Assembly: GCA_034112105.1 (NCBI GenBank)
Contig: JAWUVZ010000096.1
Coordinates: 4,429-68,428, forward strand
Direction of reading: 5' to 3'
Source of the DNA: Glaciecola sp.
GTDB lineage: Bacteria; Pseudomonadota; Gammaproteobacteria; Enterobacterales; Alteromonadaceae
Length of the DNA: 64,000 nucleotides
Positions 50,521 through 60,680 of the stretch are shown here, one piece after another (the stretch's first letter is position 1; each line of letters opens with the position of its first letter). The notes below the pieces were generated by a model. That model worked only from the letters and a program-made list of their open reading frames with translations, made no database searches and was not told the origin of the DNA. The position numbers were made by a program, and so were the translations under genes.

Positions 50521-51144
50521 CTATTTGTTAAGCTTCCTTACCCATTCAGCGGCTAGACCATTAATCGCCGCGGCTTCTATTCTCTGGGGCATGTTGTTAT
50601 CTTTGTTACGAAGCAAACGCATAATATCGCGAATAGACTTAGTTTTTTGCAAGCGATGCTCCAGTGTTATGGGGTCATCAACCTGCATTATTCCTGTTTC
50701 GATAACGCGGTAGTACCATCCGGTTATGCCTTTGTTGGCAATAAACAAATCCATATTTTTGACGCCATATCGCTGGTTGATTTTAGCGCATGGAGCGCGG
50801 GGTGAATTAACTTGCAATACAACGCCCCCAATACGATAAGTATCGCCAATAAACACATTGTCATCATTCATTGTTTGTGAGGAAATGTTTTCTCCAATAC
50901 TGCCAAAAATCAGGTTGTGAGCAATACTAGGAAATTGTTTCTTGAGTGCTTCATAACTTTCTTGAGAGTATTGATGCATAGCCATTTCGGGGCCTCCATG
51001 TAATTTCTTGTTTCCCTGCTCGTCTTCACTGGCGCCGTCTAATTCAATATGGAGTCGCTTGAATGGCTCCGTAATGATGCTGCTAGGCGACTGTCGAGGT
51101 CCAAAGGCTTGAGGCTTACCTGCAAATAAAGCGTCCACTAACAT
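50521..51144 (-). CDS. MOSC domain protein (YiiM-like)
   Basis: HGGPEMA, GENIS, PRAPCAKI, TGWYYRV. Confidence 0.9.
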   Translation of the reverse strand: MLVDALFAGKPQAFGPRQSPSSIITEPFKRLHIELDGASEDEQGNKKLHGGPEMAMHQYSQESYEALKKQFPSIAHNLIFGSIGENISSQTMNDDNVFIGDTYRIGGVVLQVNSPRAPCAKINQRYGVKNMDLFIANKGITGWYYRVIETGIMQVDDPITLEHRLQKTKSIRDIMRLLRNKDNNMPQRIEAAAINGLAAEWVRKLNK

Positions 51145-51307
51145 CGTTGATTTTCCTTATATCGTTGTGTTGAAAACTGAAATAATCCCATGACTTAGAA
51201 AGCCGCAAACGCACCTATATTCCAACTAATTCATATTCTAGTAAAGTAGCACAAGCTTAGTTTAAATAAAAAACAGCTTAAAAAAAGGTAAAAAAAAATT
51301 ACCCGGT

Positions 51308-51335
51308 TTAAACTTTTGTCAATTGAAGTGCGACA
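51308..51335 (+). promoter_or_regulatory. Candidate ECF-sigma autoregulatory promoter
   Basis: TTAAAC-17 bp-CGACA upstream of the ECF sigma gene resembles the AAC...CG pattern of ECF promoters. Confidence 0.4.
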
Positions 51336-51389
51336 TACTCTTTGTACATTCAGCTTAAATACACAACAAGAAGAAAGCGTACTTTTACT

Positions 51390-51965
51390 ATGAACCATAA
51401 ATTAAGCGTCGTCGACACTCAGGATTATCAGATTACTGAGAAAAATCTGCAGGACAAGGCCTTACTTGATGCCGCAAAACTGGGAGATAAAACTGCATTC
51501 AAATCCTTGTACGAATTGTATGTTGGTCGAGTTTACGGTTTGTGTTTTCGTTTATGTGCTGACAAGTCGCTGGCCGAAGATGCAACGCAAGAGGTGTTTA
51601 TTCAATTATGGCGAAATTTAGGAAATTTCGATGGTAATAGTCAGTTCTCAACTTGGCTACATAGCGTCACTTCTAATGTCACCATTTCATATATTAGAAA
51701 ACAGCGAGGGTGGTGGCAGAAAATGTTTAGTATTGAGCAAACCTCAGCAATGGAAAAAGAAGCAATAGGTTCAATCGCTGACTCTAATTTAGAACAATAT
51801 ATTTATCGATTACCTGAAAGAGCGAGGTGGGTTTTTGTACTGCATGCCATAGAGGGTTATCGACATGAGGAAATCGCGACTATTTTAGATGTGGCGGTCG
51901 GGACGAGTAAAGCGCAGTTTCATAGAGCAAAAGGCTTAATTCAAGGGTGGATAGATGATGAATAG
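51390..51965 (+). CDS. ECF RNA polymerase sigma factor
   Basis: AEDATQEVFIQLW, FSTWLH, EEIATILDVAVGTSKAQFHRA. Confidence 0.93.
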   Translation: MNHKLSVVDTQDYQITEKNLQDKALLDAAKLGDKTAFKSLYELYVGRVYGLCFRLCADKSLAEDATQEVFIQLWRNLGNFDGNSQFSTWLHSVTSNVTISYIRKQRGWWQKMFSIEQTSAMEKEAIGSIADSNLEQYIYRLPERARWVFVLHAIEGYRHEEIATILDVAVGTSKAQFHRAKGLIQGWIDDE

Positions 51966-52491
51966 TAGCAAAGGCAGCCGTCTTGACCAAAGTCTCGAAA
52001 AGAACATTAAGAAATTAGATTTACAAAAACAACCAGAGCGAGATTTGTGGAAAGGCATAGAGCATGTTTTAGAACAAACATCAGACCGAGCCGGTTATAT
52101 AAAAGAAGTCCATCAGGTCAATCAAAAACGTATTTTTAGTAATCCAAAACCACTGTTTGCGATGGTAGCAAGCTTAATGATTCTAGCTGTTGTTGGATGG
52201 ATGTCATTCGAAAGTGGGAAATCACTATTAAGTGAGAATTTGGTAGCGACATTATCAGAACAACATAATGTGCAAAAACAATCTCTATTAATTCGATTCA
52301 AAGACCAACCGGCAACAACAGATAATTGGCGACAGCAAATTGATGAATTGGATGAGGCCGCTGAAGCAATTAAAGGAGCACTTGCTGAGGATCCTAATAA
52401 CAACGCGTTATTGAAAATATTAAAGAACGTATATGAGCAACAGATGACCATTATTGAACGCGTACATGAACCACGATGGAATCATATTTGA
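51955..52491 (+). CDS. Putative single-pass membrane anti-sigma factor
   Basis: Overlaps the sigma stop; PERDLW motif, one TM helix, helical periplasmic C-terminus. Confidence 0.7.
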   Translation: MMNSSKGSRLDQSLEKNIKKLDLQKQPERDLWKGIEHVLEQTSDRAGYIKEVHQVNQKRIFSNPKPLFAMVASLMILAVVGWMSFESGKSLLSENLVATLSEQHNVQKQSLLIRFKDQPATTDNWRQQIDELDEAAEAIKGALAEDPNNNALLKILKNVYEQQMTIIERVHEPRWNHI

Positions 52492-52613
52492 CGCAGCAAA
52501 TCTAAAACTCCGCTTAACCTATTCGAATAAATAGGGAGGTCAATTAGAGCGTTAAAAGATACGCAATAATACATTTAACCAAATTAAATCAGAGTGTTAT
52601 AAACGAGGTAATT

Positions 52614-53579
52614 ATGAAATTATTAATAGGTCGCACTTCGGCCGTGATTGGACTTAGCTTACTTGCGTTCATTGCGAATGCAAAACAAAGTGTGGATAAA
52701 TCGATGGCCGCAGATCCAAAAGGAACTGTTGAAATAGAGCATCTCAGTGGTGCTGCAAAGATTATTGGCTGGAATAAGAATGAAGTCAGCGTGAAAGGTG
52801 AGCTTGGCGAATATACCGAGGAATTTAAATTTGAACGTGATGGTTCCTCTATTATTATATATGTTAAGCCAAAAATGACCAAGGGAGGTTCCAATAGCTG
52901 GGGTACTGAGCAGCGTGACGATCTGGTCATTCATGTGCCGATGAAGAATCGCATAAATTACACTTCAACGGATGTACAACTGAAAATAAAGGGTATACAT
53001 GGTGGTGTGAATGTCGACGTAGTGAATGGTGAAGTGGATGTTGATGATCTGATTGGTCGTATTCGTATTGAATCGGTTAACGCTAATATCAAAGCCCGCA
53101 GGCTGGATGGTGAGGTTACTATTGAGACTGTTAACGGTAATATTGTAGGCAAGCATAGTGGTAAAAAAGAGCTCAAACTGAGCACGGTCAATGGCGACAT
53201 TGACATTGAGAGTGACAGCCCAGAAGTTAGTGCAAGAACCGTGAATGGTCATATCGAGTTAAACCTGAAGTTGGTTAGTGAAGTTATTGTGAACACAGTT
53301 AATGGCGCAATTGAAGTGGCGATGGATTTAAAAGAAAACGGCCAAGTTGAAGCCACATCAGTTGGTGGCTCTATTGACTTAGTGTTCCAAAAGAACGTCG
53401 CGGCAAGATTCGATATTGAGGCTTATGCGGGTGGTACAATTGAAAACACAATTACCGAGAAGGCACAAAGTAAGGCTAAATATGGACCCAGACGTTGGCT
53501 AGAATTCAGTACTTCTAACCCAACAGGTACTGTGGATATTTCTACTGTTCATGGTCGTGTAAAAGTATCAATCAAATAG
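52614..53579 (+). CDS. DUF4097 family beta-strand repeat exported protein
   Basis: Signal peptide; repeated xTVNGxI motifs; GAGG RBS. Confidence 0.88.
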   Translation: MKLLIGRTSAVIGLSLLAFIANAKQSVDKSMAADPKGTVEIEHLSGAAKIIGWNKNEVSVKGELGEYTEEFKFERDGSSIIIYVKPKMTKGGSNSWGTEQRDDLVIHVPMKNRINYTSTDVQLKIKGIHGGVNVDVVNGEVDVDDLIGRIRIESVNANIKARRLDGEVTIETVNGNIVGKHSGKKELKLSTVNGDIDIESDSPEVSARTVNGHIELNLKLVSEVIVNTVNGAIEVAMDLKENGQVEATSVGGSIDLVFQKNVAARFDIEAYAGGTIENTITEKAQSKAKYGPRRWLEFSTSNPTGTVDISTVHGRVKVSIK

Positions 53580-53654
53580 TCTGTATTTAATAAAATGTTC
53601 ATGAAAGTTTCATTAAATAGATATATTATTTCAGGCCCTAGGCTAAATTGATGA

Positions 53655-54281
53655 GTGAGAAGCACAATTCAAGTATCGAATATAGTCTACTTTATTGGCG
53701 GTGGCGCAGACAAGACCCGTGAACGTTTTGGGATCATCAAATGGGGACCAACTAATTTGATGGGAGTTGCTAAAGCTAATTTTGATTTGCAAAAGGGGCC
53801 CCATTGCGAAAGCAAATATTATGGCTACTTAGATAAGAAAAAAATCATCCAAGATATTATTAAACAAAAACTTAAAAGTGCTTCTGTTAGGATTAATTTG
53901 GTTGGACATAGCCGCGGTGGAGCAGTTGCAAAAGACATCGCTATGCGAGAGCTGCGTAAGCTCAACATCAAGGCAAATATTGTTGTTTCACTTGACCCTG
54001 TCAAAGCAAAACGTAGTAACCGATATAGAGTACCGAGTAAAAAGAGTGTAAATAATGTTAAGGCCTATATTTGTATTTACGCAAACCCGATAAAACGTGA
54101 TCCAACTGACTATATCGCCATGGTCGGCGGACAGTATGGTGCTCGCTTAAAGCCACATAGTCACTTATTTGTTGAGGCCGATGTTAATCATGGGCAGCCA
54201 ATGCCGATGCTCAAATTAGCACTGAATGATAAGGGGCGAACAGCGTGGGAAGTGCTATTGAAGGAGTCAAGGAAGGCATGA
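53655..54281 (+). CDS. Small basic alpha/beta hydrolase-fold protein
   Basis: NLVGHSRGG nucleophile elbow, VSLDPV, C-terminal His (VNHG); Lys/Arg-rich. Confidence 0.65.
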   Translation: MRSTIQVSNIVYFIGGGADKTRERFGIIKWGPTNLMGVAKANFDLQKGPHCESKYYGYLDKKKIIQDIIKQKLKSASVRINLVGHSRGGAVAKDIAMRELRKLNIKANIVVSLDPVKAKRSNRYRVPSKKSVNNVKAYICIYANPIKRDPTDYIAMVGGQYGARLKPHSHLFVEADVNHGQPMPMLKLALNDKGRTAWEVLLKESRKA

Positions 54282-55462
54282 ATCATTTCCGTTCGTCAGT
54301 TCAGGTATTTTTAGTTTTTTTAAAGCTAGGATTTACTGCGTTTGGCGGTCCAGTTGCCCATATTGCTTTCTTTCGTGAAGAGTTTGTTGTCCGTAAAAGA
54401 TGGATGACTGAGTCAGATTATGCTGAGATTGTTGCTCTATGTCAGTTTTTGCCTGGACCAGCGAGTAGCCAGGTTGGGCTAACGATTGGCTTATCTCGTG
54501 GTGGTTACTTAGGATCACTAGCTGCATGGCTGGGATTCACAATGCCCTCAGCAATACTATTATTGTTTCTAGCGCTCGGGTATTCAAATTATGGTGATGT
54601 CATTTCCTTCGGTTTGTTAACTGGATTAAAAATTGTAACTGTTGCAGTTGTCGCACAAGCAGTTTGGGGGATGTCGAAAAGCATTTGCATTGATAATACT
54701 CGTATTACCATTATGCTGCTTGCTGCCGTCGGAGTATTACTTTTTCAATCAGTTTATACGCCATTGGGAGTGATCGTTCTCGCCGGTATTCTCGGTGTCT
54801 GGTTATTCAAACCCTCTCTGGACTTGTCTGAAAGTAGGCTCGCATTCTCCATTTCCAGTTTAAGTGGTGCATTGTGGTTTTTTGTTTTTATTTTATTTTT
54901 GTTTGGTCTTCCGATTATTCAACTATTCGTTGACCAACCACTCGTCGACGTAGTGAGTGCATTTTTCCGTTCAGGGAGTTTAGTATTTGGAGGTGGGCAT
55001 GTTGTGCTCCCGCTACTTGAAGCTGAGATGGTAAAAACAGGTTGGGTCACAAAAGATGCGTTCTTAGCTGGTTATGGAGCAACGCAGGCTGTTCCTGGTC
55101 CTTTATTTACATTTGCGGCATTTTTAGGGGGCGTATTAAATGGACCAATTAGCGGTGTTCTTGGAGCCCTGGTAGCCTTATTTTCGATATTCCTACCATC
55201 ATTTTTGCTAGTTTATTCGGTATTACCTTTTTGGACGAGCTTAAGAGTAAAGCCGCGAATTAGGGCTGCTTTGGCGGGTATAAATGCGAGTGTAGTTGGT
55301 ATTTTATTTGCTGCGCTATATCAACCTGTGTTTTTGAGTGGCGTGTCAGCAACAAACGATTTTATTGGTGTAATAATTGCGTTTTGGGCATTAATGTATT
55401 GGAAACTGCCGCCTTGGTTGGTCGTGATAGCTGGTGGGGCAATAGGGGCTGTACTTTTATAA
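54278..55462 (+). CDS. chrA: Chromate efflux transporter (long-chain CHR)
   Basis: GFTAFGGPVAH, LCQFLPGPASSQ, LVFGGGHVVLP, QAVPGPLFTF; ATGA overlap with the upstream ORF. Confidence 0.93.
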   Translation: MNHFRSSVQVFLVFLKLGFTAFGGPVAHIAFFREEFVVRKRWMTESDYAEIVALCQFLPGPASSQVGLTIGLSRGGYLGSLAAWLGFTMPSAILLLFLALGYSNYGDVISFGLLTGLKIVTVAVVAQAVWGMSKSICIDNTRITIMLLAAVGVLLFQSVYTPLGVIVLAGILGVWLFKPSLDLSESRLAFSISSLSGALWFFVFILFLFGLPIIQLFVDQPLVDVVSAFFRSGSLVFGGGHVVLPLLEAEMVKTGWVTKDAFLAGYGATQAVPGPLFTFAAFLGGVLNGPISGVLGALVALFSIFLPSFLLVYSVLPFWTSLRVKPRIRAALAGINASVVGILFAALYQPVFLSGVSATNDFIGVIIAFWALMYWKLPPWLVVIAGGAIGAVLL

Positions 55463-55627
55463 TTGATATTTGTTTTTATAATACAGCGCAAAGACACTGC
55501 ACAAGGCGACTTCACATTGTTTGCGCTACTAGATTAAACTGGCTATTTATTTTCCTTATATTTTTAACAGACAAGGAGGTTTTTTTCACGCATAATAATC
55601 TGCTCAAAATACAACTGTGCGCTGCAA

Positions 55628-57016
55628 TTGAAATTTCAAGATAAACCAAAAAAAGACGACGTCGAACAGCTTAAGATACCTCCGCATTCCATTGAAGCTG
55701 AGCAATCTGTGCTGGGCAGTATGATGATCGCACCCGATTCATGGGACAAGGTAGCTGAAATTGTAGTCGAAAGTGATTTTTATAACCGCTCACACCGGAC
55801 TATCTTTGGTGCGATTATAAAACTCTTAAGTAACAATCAATCTGTCGATACGGTTACCGTAAAAGACACGTTAGCGCAAAGTGGAAAGCTAGATGAAGCT
55901 GGCGGTTTCTCTTATCTTATAGAATTGGCAAAAAACACACCAAGTGCGGCTAACGTATCTGCTTATGCTAGTGTTATTCGTGAGCGAGCTATCGTCAGAG
56001 AGCTTATTGGTGTTGCTCATGATATTGCTGATGTTGGCTATAATCCCGAGGGTAGAAATAGTGCTGACATTCTGGATTTTGCAGAATCGAAAGTTTTCGA
56101 AATTGCTGAAAAACGGACTGGTGAAAACGAAGGCCCGAAGGACATTACTACTGTTTTAACAAAAACGGTTAATCGACTCGATGAATTAGTCAAGCAAGGT
56201 TTAGAAATTACTGGTGTATCAACTGGTTATACAGATTTGGATACTAAAACTAGTGGATTACAACGTTCGGATTTGATTATTGTCGCTGCTCGCCCTTCAA
56301 TGGGTAAAACCACTTTTGCAATGAATTTATGTGAAAATGCTATGATGCTGCAGGACAAGCCAGTATTGGTTTTTAGTCTTGAAATGCCTGCTGAGCAGAT
56401 TATGATGAGAATGCTAGCATCGTTAAGTCGAGTGAATCAAACGCATATTCGTACAGCTCAACTAGATGATGAAGAATGGGCTAGGATGTCCGGCACGATC
56501 AAAACATTAAAAAAGAAAGATAACCTTTATATCGATGACTCCTCAGGTCTTACTCCAATGGAACTGAGAACCCGAGCAAGAAAAATAGCACGCGATAAAG
56601 GTGGTCTTTCCTTAATAATGATTGACTACCTGCAGCTAATGCGGGTGCCTTCCCTAAGTGAAAATAGAACCCTGGAAATTGCGGAGATATCACGTTCGTT
56701 AAAAGCACTAGCAAAAGAACTTGAAGTTCCTATTGTGGCATTGTCGCAGCTAAACCGAACTCTAGAACAGCGAGCGGATAAACGACCTATCAATTCAGAT
56801 TTACGTGAATCGGGTTCAATTGAGCAAGATGCCGATTTGATCATGTTCATTTATCGAGACGAAGTGTACAACGAAGCATCTGAAATGAAAGGCATTGCAG
56901 AAATCATTATTGGTAAGCAACGAAACGGGCCAATTGGTACAAGTAGACTTACGTTTCAAGGTCAATTTTCTCGCTTTGATAATTATGCTGGACCTGCTTT
57001 CGAAGACGAATATTAA
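55628..57016 (+). CDS. dnaB: Replicative DNA helicase
   Basis: PPHSIEAEQSVLG, AARPSMGKT, IDYLQLM, SDLRESGSIEQDAD, KQRNGP. Confidence 0.98.
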   Translation: MKFQDKPKKDDVEQLKIPPHSIEAEQSVLGSMMIAPDSWDKVAEIVVESDFYNRSHRTIFGAIIKLLSNNQSVDTVTVKDTLAQSGKLDEAGGFSYLIELAKNTPSAANVSAYASVIRERAIVRELIGVAHDIADVGYNPEGRNSADILDFAESKVFEIAEKRTGENEGPKDITTVLTKTVNRLDELVKQGLEITGVSTGYTDLDTKTSGLQRSDLIIVAARPSMGKTTFAMNLCENAMMLQDKPVLVFSLEMPAEQIMMRMLASLSRVNQTHIRTAQLDDEEWARMSGTIKTLKKKDNLYIDDSSGLTPMELRTRARKIARDKGGLSLIMIDYLQLMRVPSLSENRTLEIAEISRSLKALAKELEVPIVALSQLNRTLEQRADKRPINSDLRESGSIEQDADLIMFIYRDEVYNEASEMKGIAEIIIGKQRNGPIGTSRLTFQGQFSRFDNYAGPAFEDEY

Positions 57017-57064
57017 TCGCTTTCTGGTTGACTGCATTTTAGGTGAATGTTGGTGTTCAATAAT

Positions 57065-57192
57065 AATCTAGCAGTGTATTAATCTAGCTATATATCAATC
57101 TAGTAGTGTCTCAATCTAGCAGTACCCCAATCTAGCAATACGTTAATCTAGCACTATTCTAATCTAACAATATCCTAATCTAGTCCCACTGA
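57065..57192. repeat. Non-coding tandem array, 8 units of 16 bp: conserved AATCTAGC core plus variable 8-bp spacer
   Basis: Units start at 57065, 57081, 57097, 57113, 57129, 57145, 57161 and 57177: aatctagc-agtgtatt, aatctagc-tatatatc, aatctagt-agtgtctc, aatctagc-agtacccc, aatctagc-aatacgtt, aatctagc-actattct, aatctaac-aatatcct, aatctagt-cccactga. Confidence 0.95.
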
Positions 57193-57196
57193 ACTG

Positions 57197-57226
57197 GAAT
57201 AGTTAATTTGTTCAAATTAACTATTC
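57197..57226. repeat. Perfect 14-bp inverted repeat immediately after the array
   Basis: gaatagttaatttg-tt-caaattaactattc. Confidence 0.9.
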
Positions 57227-57932
57227 GGCTTAAATTATCTTAATTTTTACAAAAAACGACCTACTTGTCTTAAAGAAAAGATAGATTTTGCAAAAAAACT
57301 CTATCTTTTTCAATTTATTGAAAGAATCAGCTTCACTTTTGTAAAATTTTACTGATCAATTTTTAGTTTTACTAAATAATTTGTCTTTACAGCTAAAATT
57401 AAATTCCAATCAACTTTAGTGATAGTTCTCAATTTATCTTCAGATATTCTTATTAACTCATTCTTATTTTTTCAACTTTATGTTTTTAATGATTTTTAAT
57501 TTTTATTGGGGCAAGTTTTATCAATTAATAGGAGACAACTGGTCAAGCAAAGTGTGCGACTTTATTCCCTTATTTATTGAGTTCATTAGCTCAATAAAAA
57601 ATTACTTTTAGAGCGGATTAAAATCGAATTGATTTAAAATAAATCACAAAACGGTCAAAAAACAACCAATAAAAGAAAAAGGCCAAGTAAATTAAAAATT
57701 ATTTGAGTATAAATTTTCATCTATAGGTATCCACTTTTTATTGAGGTACAAGCGATTTCACCATAATACCGCACCAATGTTTGGGTTTTTAATTCATGTT
57801 TATTGTTTACACGCCAAAATTTTGACGCATACTGAACTTGTAGTTATTCACTGTGCAATTCGGTTTTCAAAATTGAAGTTGCAAATAACTTACCAACTTA
57901 CTTATTAACGAAAGCAACATTGGAATTTAGTT

Positions 57933-59729
57933 ATGGGCAATTTTGAAAAAATGACAAAATCACGAAGAGTTAATAAAATAACCTCTGCGATATTGGGTAG
58001 CGCATTGGCTTTCACTGCAGCGGCTTGGGGAGTGACAACTTATTCAAGTGGTGCTGAGTACATATTGCAAGGCGCAAGTCGCCCAGCGCTAGTTTCTGCG
58101 ATTCAAGCGGAAAACGGGGTCATTATTCATGAATTTAAACTTATCCAAGCTGTTTCAGCTAAACTAACTGACAAGCAAGTTCAGGGCATTGCGTCACGAA
58201 ATGCGATGATCCGTTTCTTCAATGAAGACAACCAAGTTAGTTTGTCTGCCAATAACGATGTAGCGTTGATGCAAAGCGGCTTAGCACCGCAGAATGCACC
58301 TCGTAACTCCCAAATTCCAGCACAAATAGGCGCTAGTGAGTTGCATAAAATTGGCGTCACAGGTAAAGGCGTTACAGTCGCCATTATTGATAGTGGACTT
58401 GGCCAGTTTTCAGCTTTAAACCAAAATACATCAGGATTAAAGAGACAAATAACCGTCGTTAATTCATTAGGTGAAGATGCCTCAGGTACTCAAGATTTAA
58501 ACGGACATGGCTCGCACATGGCAAGTATTTTAGCCGACAGTACGCGTGTTTTTGACCAGTTCGGTTCACCAACAGGCGCGCACAGCGGTGTTGCACCTGA
58601 TGTAGATTTAGTGATGATTAAAGCATTTGATGAGCAAGGAGAAGCTTCTTATTCGTCGGTTTTGCAGGGTATTGAATACGCTATCGAAAATAGAGATAGG
58701 TTAAACATTCGAGTGCTAAATGTTGCTTTTAGTTTCCCTGCAACGTCATTCTATTGGGAAGACCCAATTAACCAAGCGCTGATGAGAGCTTGGGACAAAG
58801 GCATCGCTGTTATTGCTCCCGCGGGTAATGGCGGCAATAAATATATGACGGTCGGCGTTCCGGGAAATAACCCTTACGTTATTACGGTTGGTGCAATGGA
58901 CGACAACAGGACTCCATTAGATGTGTCGGACGATATTGTCGCTTCTTTTTCTAGCTTTGGGCCGACAGTCGAAGGCTTTATGAAACCTGAGGTGCTTGCG
59001 CCAGGAACGAATTTAAAAGGACTTGTCGCGGGCAACAGTCAGTTATCTGATAAAAATGAAACTTCAGGAATCTCAGGTACGTCTCAGGCCACAGCTGTTG
59101 CGGCTGGCGTTGTTGCATTAATGATTCAACAAGATCCAAGTTTGACACCAGATGAAATTAAATGTCGTCTGATGTCAACGGCATCGCAGGCGAAGAAGCA
59201 AAATGGCCAATTGGCGTTTAGCCCTTTCGCCCAAGGGACCGGCCTTATAAACGCTTCAGCTGCGATTAATTCAACAGCTGTAGGCTGCGCGAATAGCGGT
59301 TTAAATATTGCCAATGATATAAATTTAAGAAGCCACTATTTTGGTCCTGCCAGATTCAATGAAAAAACTAACGAGTTTATGCTGGGTGAAGATGAGCAAG
59401 CGAATGGTGTTATTTGGCACAACGACAATCTGAAGTCGGATGAGCAAGCGAATGGTGTTATTTGGCACAACGACAATCTGAAGTCGGATGAGCAAGCGAA
59501 TGGTGTTATTTGGCATAATGACATTGTTAATTCAGAAAACAAAAGGTCTCTAGGTGTGACATGGAATTCAGTTATAGACATTTCGCATGCGCAGACCGCT
59601 CCTCATGACTCAGATGTCAGTGAGGCAAGTCCACAGATGATATTGATTAAAAAATGGGCTGCGCACAATATTAATGACACTAAACAAAATAATGTTATTA
59701 AATTGGATTTAAACACACAAGAATATTAA
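57933..59729 (+). CDS. Secreted S8 (subtilisin/AprX-like) serine protease with propeptide and C-terminal Trp-containing repeats
   Basis: Signal peptide, I9-like prodomain, IIDSG (Asp), HGSHMA (His), AGNGG (oxyanion Asn), SGTSQAT (Ser). Confidence 0.92.
   Translation: MGNFEKMTKSRRVNKITSAILGSALAFTAAAWGVTTYSSGAEYILQGASRPALVSAIQAENGVIIHEFKLIQAVSAKLTDKQVQGIASRNAMIRFFNEDNQVSLSANNDVALMQSGLAPQNAPRNSQIPAQIGASELHKIGVTGKGVTVAIIDSGLGQFSALNQNTSGLKRQITVVNSLGEDASGTQDLNGHGSHMASILADSTRVFDQFGSPTGAHSGVAPDVDLVMIKAFDEQGEASYSSVLQGIEYAIENRDRLNIRVLNVAFSFPATSFYWEDPINQALMRAWDKGIAVIAPAGNGGNKYMTVGVPGNNPYVITVGAMDDNRTPLDVSDDIVASFSSFGPTVEGFMKPEVLAPGTNLKGLVAGNSQLSDKNETSGISGTSQATAVAAGVVALMIQQDPSLTPDEIKCRLMSTASQAKKQNGQLAFSPFAQGTGLINASAAINSTAVGCANSGLNIANDINLRSHYFGPARFNEKTNEFMLGEDEQANGVIWHNDNLKSDEQANGVIWHNDNLKSDEQANGVIWHNDIVNSENKRSLGVTWNSVIDISHAQTAPHDSDVSEASPQMILIKKWAAHNINDTKQNNVIKLDLNTQEY
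59391..59522 (+). repeat. 48-bp in-frame tandem repeat (2.75 copies) encoding DEQANGVIWHNDNLKS
   Basis: Identical units start at 59391 and 59439; a third, partial unit starts at 59487. Confidence 0.95.
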
Positions 59730-59797
59730 GTTTAAATATTTAGTTGAAAATAAAAAAGCCTGTGAATGAAGTGACCCCATAAAGTTGGACACTTATA

Positions 59798-60592
59798 TTA
59801 AGTGGCAATCAAGGCCTGATTTCGGTAGTCTACCGGACTCAGGCCTTTTAGTTTTAACTTAATACGTTTGTGGTTGTAGTAATAGATAAAGCCATGAATT
59901 TCTTTTATGAGTTCATCTACATTCTTAAAGTCGTGCCCGTGATTCATTTCAGTTTTTAATATCGCGAAAAGATGTTCAGCGACTGCGTTATCAAGGCAGT
60001 TTCCTTTTCTTGACATGCTTTGCGTCAATCCAGCTTTTTTCAATATATTTTGTAGGCTACGTGTTCGATATTGCCAGCCTTGGTCTGAGTGGAACACAGG
60101 TTTTTCATTTTCAGATAGCTTACCTACCGCCTCTTCAAGCATATCGGTTACTAAAGGTAACCTCACAGAAGTTGATGCTCGATACGAGACGACTTCACGA
60201 TTGAAAAAGTCGATAACAGGCGATAAATAGACTTTTTGCCCTTGCACATTGAATTCAGTAACATCTGTTACCCACTTTTGATTGGGGCGTGTCGCTTCGA
60301 AATCTCTACCGAGTAGCTCTTCGGCTGATTTACCTACGTCACCTCGATAAGAGCTATATCGCTTAGGGCGTACTGTTGATTTCAGCCCTAGCTGCTTCAT
60401 AAGGCGCTGGACCGTTTTATGATTCAACCAGTGACCATGCTGTCTTAACGCATACATAATGCGTCTGTAACCATAACGACCTTTATGTTCGTGATAGATA
60501 GTTTGAATAGATGCTTTGGCTTGGGCATATTTGTCGTTACTAGCACAACTAGCACAGTGGCAGTGATACACACTGCGTGCTAAGCCTAACAA
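59798..60592 (-). pseudogene. IS3 transposase OrfB (DDE integrase core), disconnected from OrfA by an extra frameshift
   Basis: YGYRRI, WVTDVTEF, HSDQGWQY, DNAVAE; the -1 frame after the AAAAAAG slippery site (60684-60690) reads ...SYRYYLNC and then stops. Confidence 0.85.
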
Positions 60593-60680
60593 TTCAAGTA
60601 ATAACGATAACTTGCCTTTAACTCTTTCGCCACTAGCGCTTTTTCTTGGCTAGTATGCGCTTCTGTTGAGCTAAGGCTTC

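Noticed and set aside
55628-57016. Intein in DnaB
   Set aside because: Normal length (462 aa) with contiguous helicase motifs
57065-57192. CRISPR array
   Set aside because: The 8-bp core and 8-bp spacers are far below CRISPR sizes, the spacers share a loose consensus, and no cas genes are in the window
57065-57192. Tandem MetJ (AGACGTCT) or TrpR operator, suggested by CTAG and a period that is a multiple of 8
   Set aside because: The 8-mers I checked match the Met box at only about 4-5 of 8 positions, TrpR half-sites are not properly formed, and no met or trp genes are nearby
57720-57855. DnaA boxes / chromosomal oriC
   Set aside because: Only degenerate matches (gtatccact, ttattcact); no cluster of TTATCCACA or GATC sites and no gidA/dnaA context
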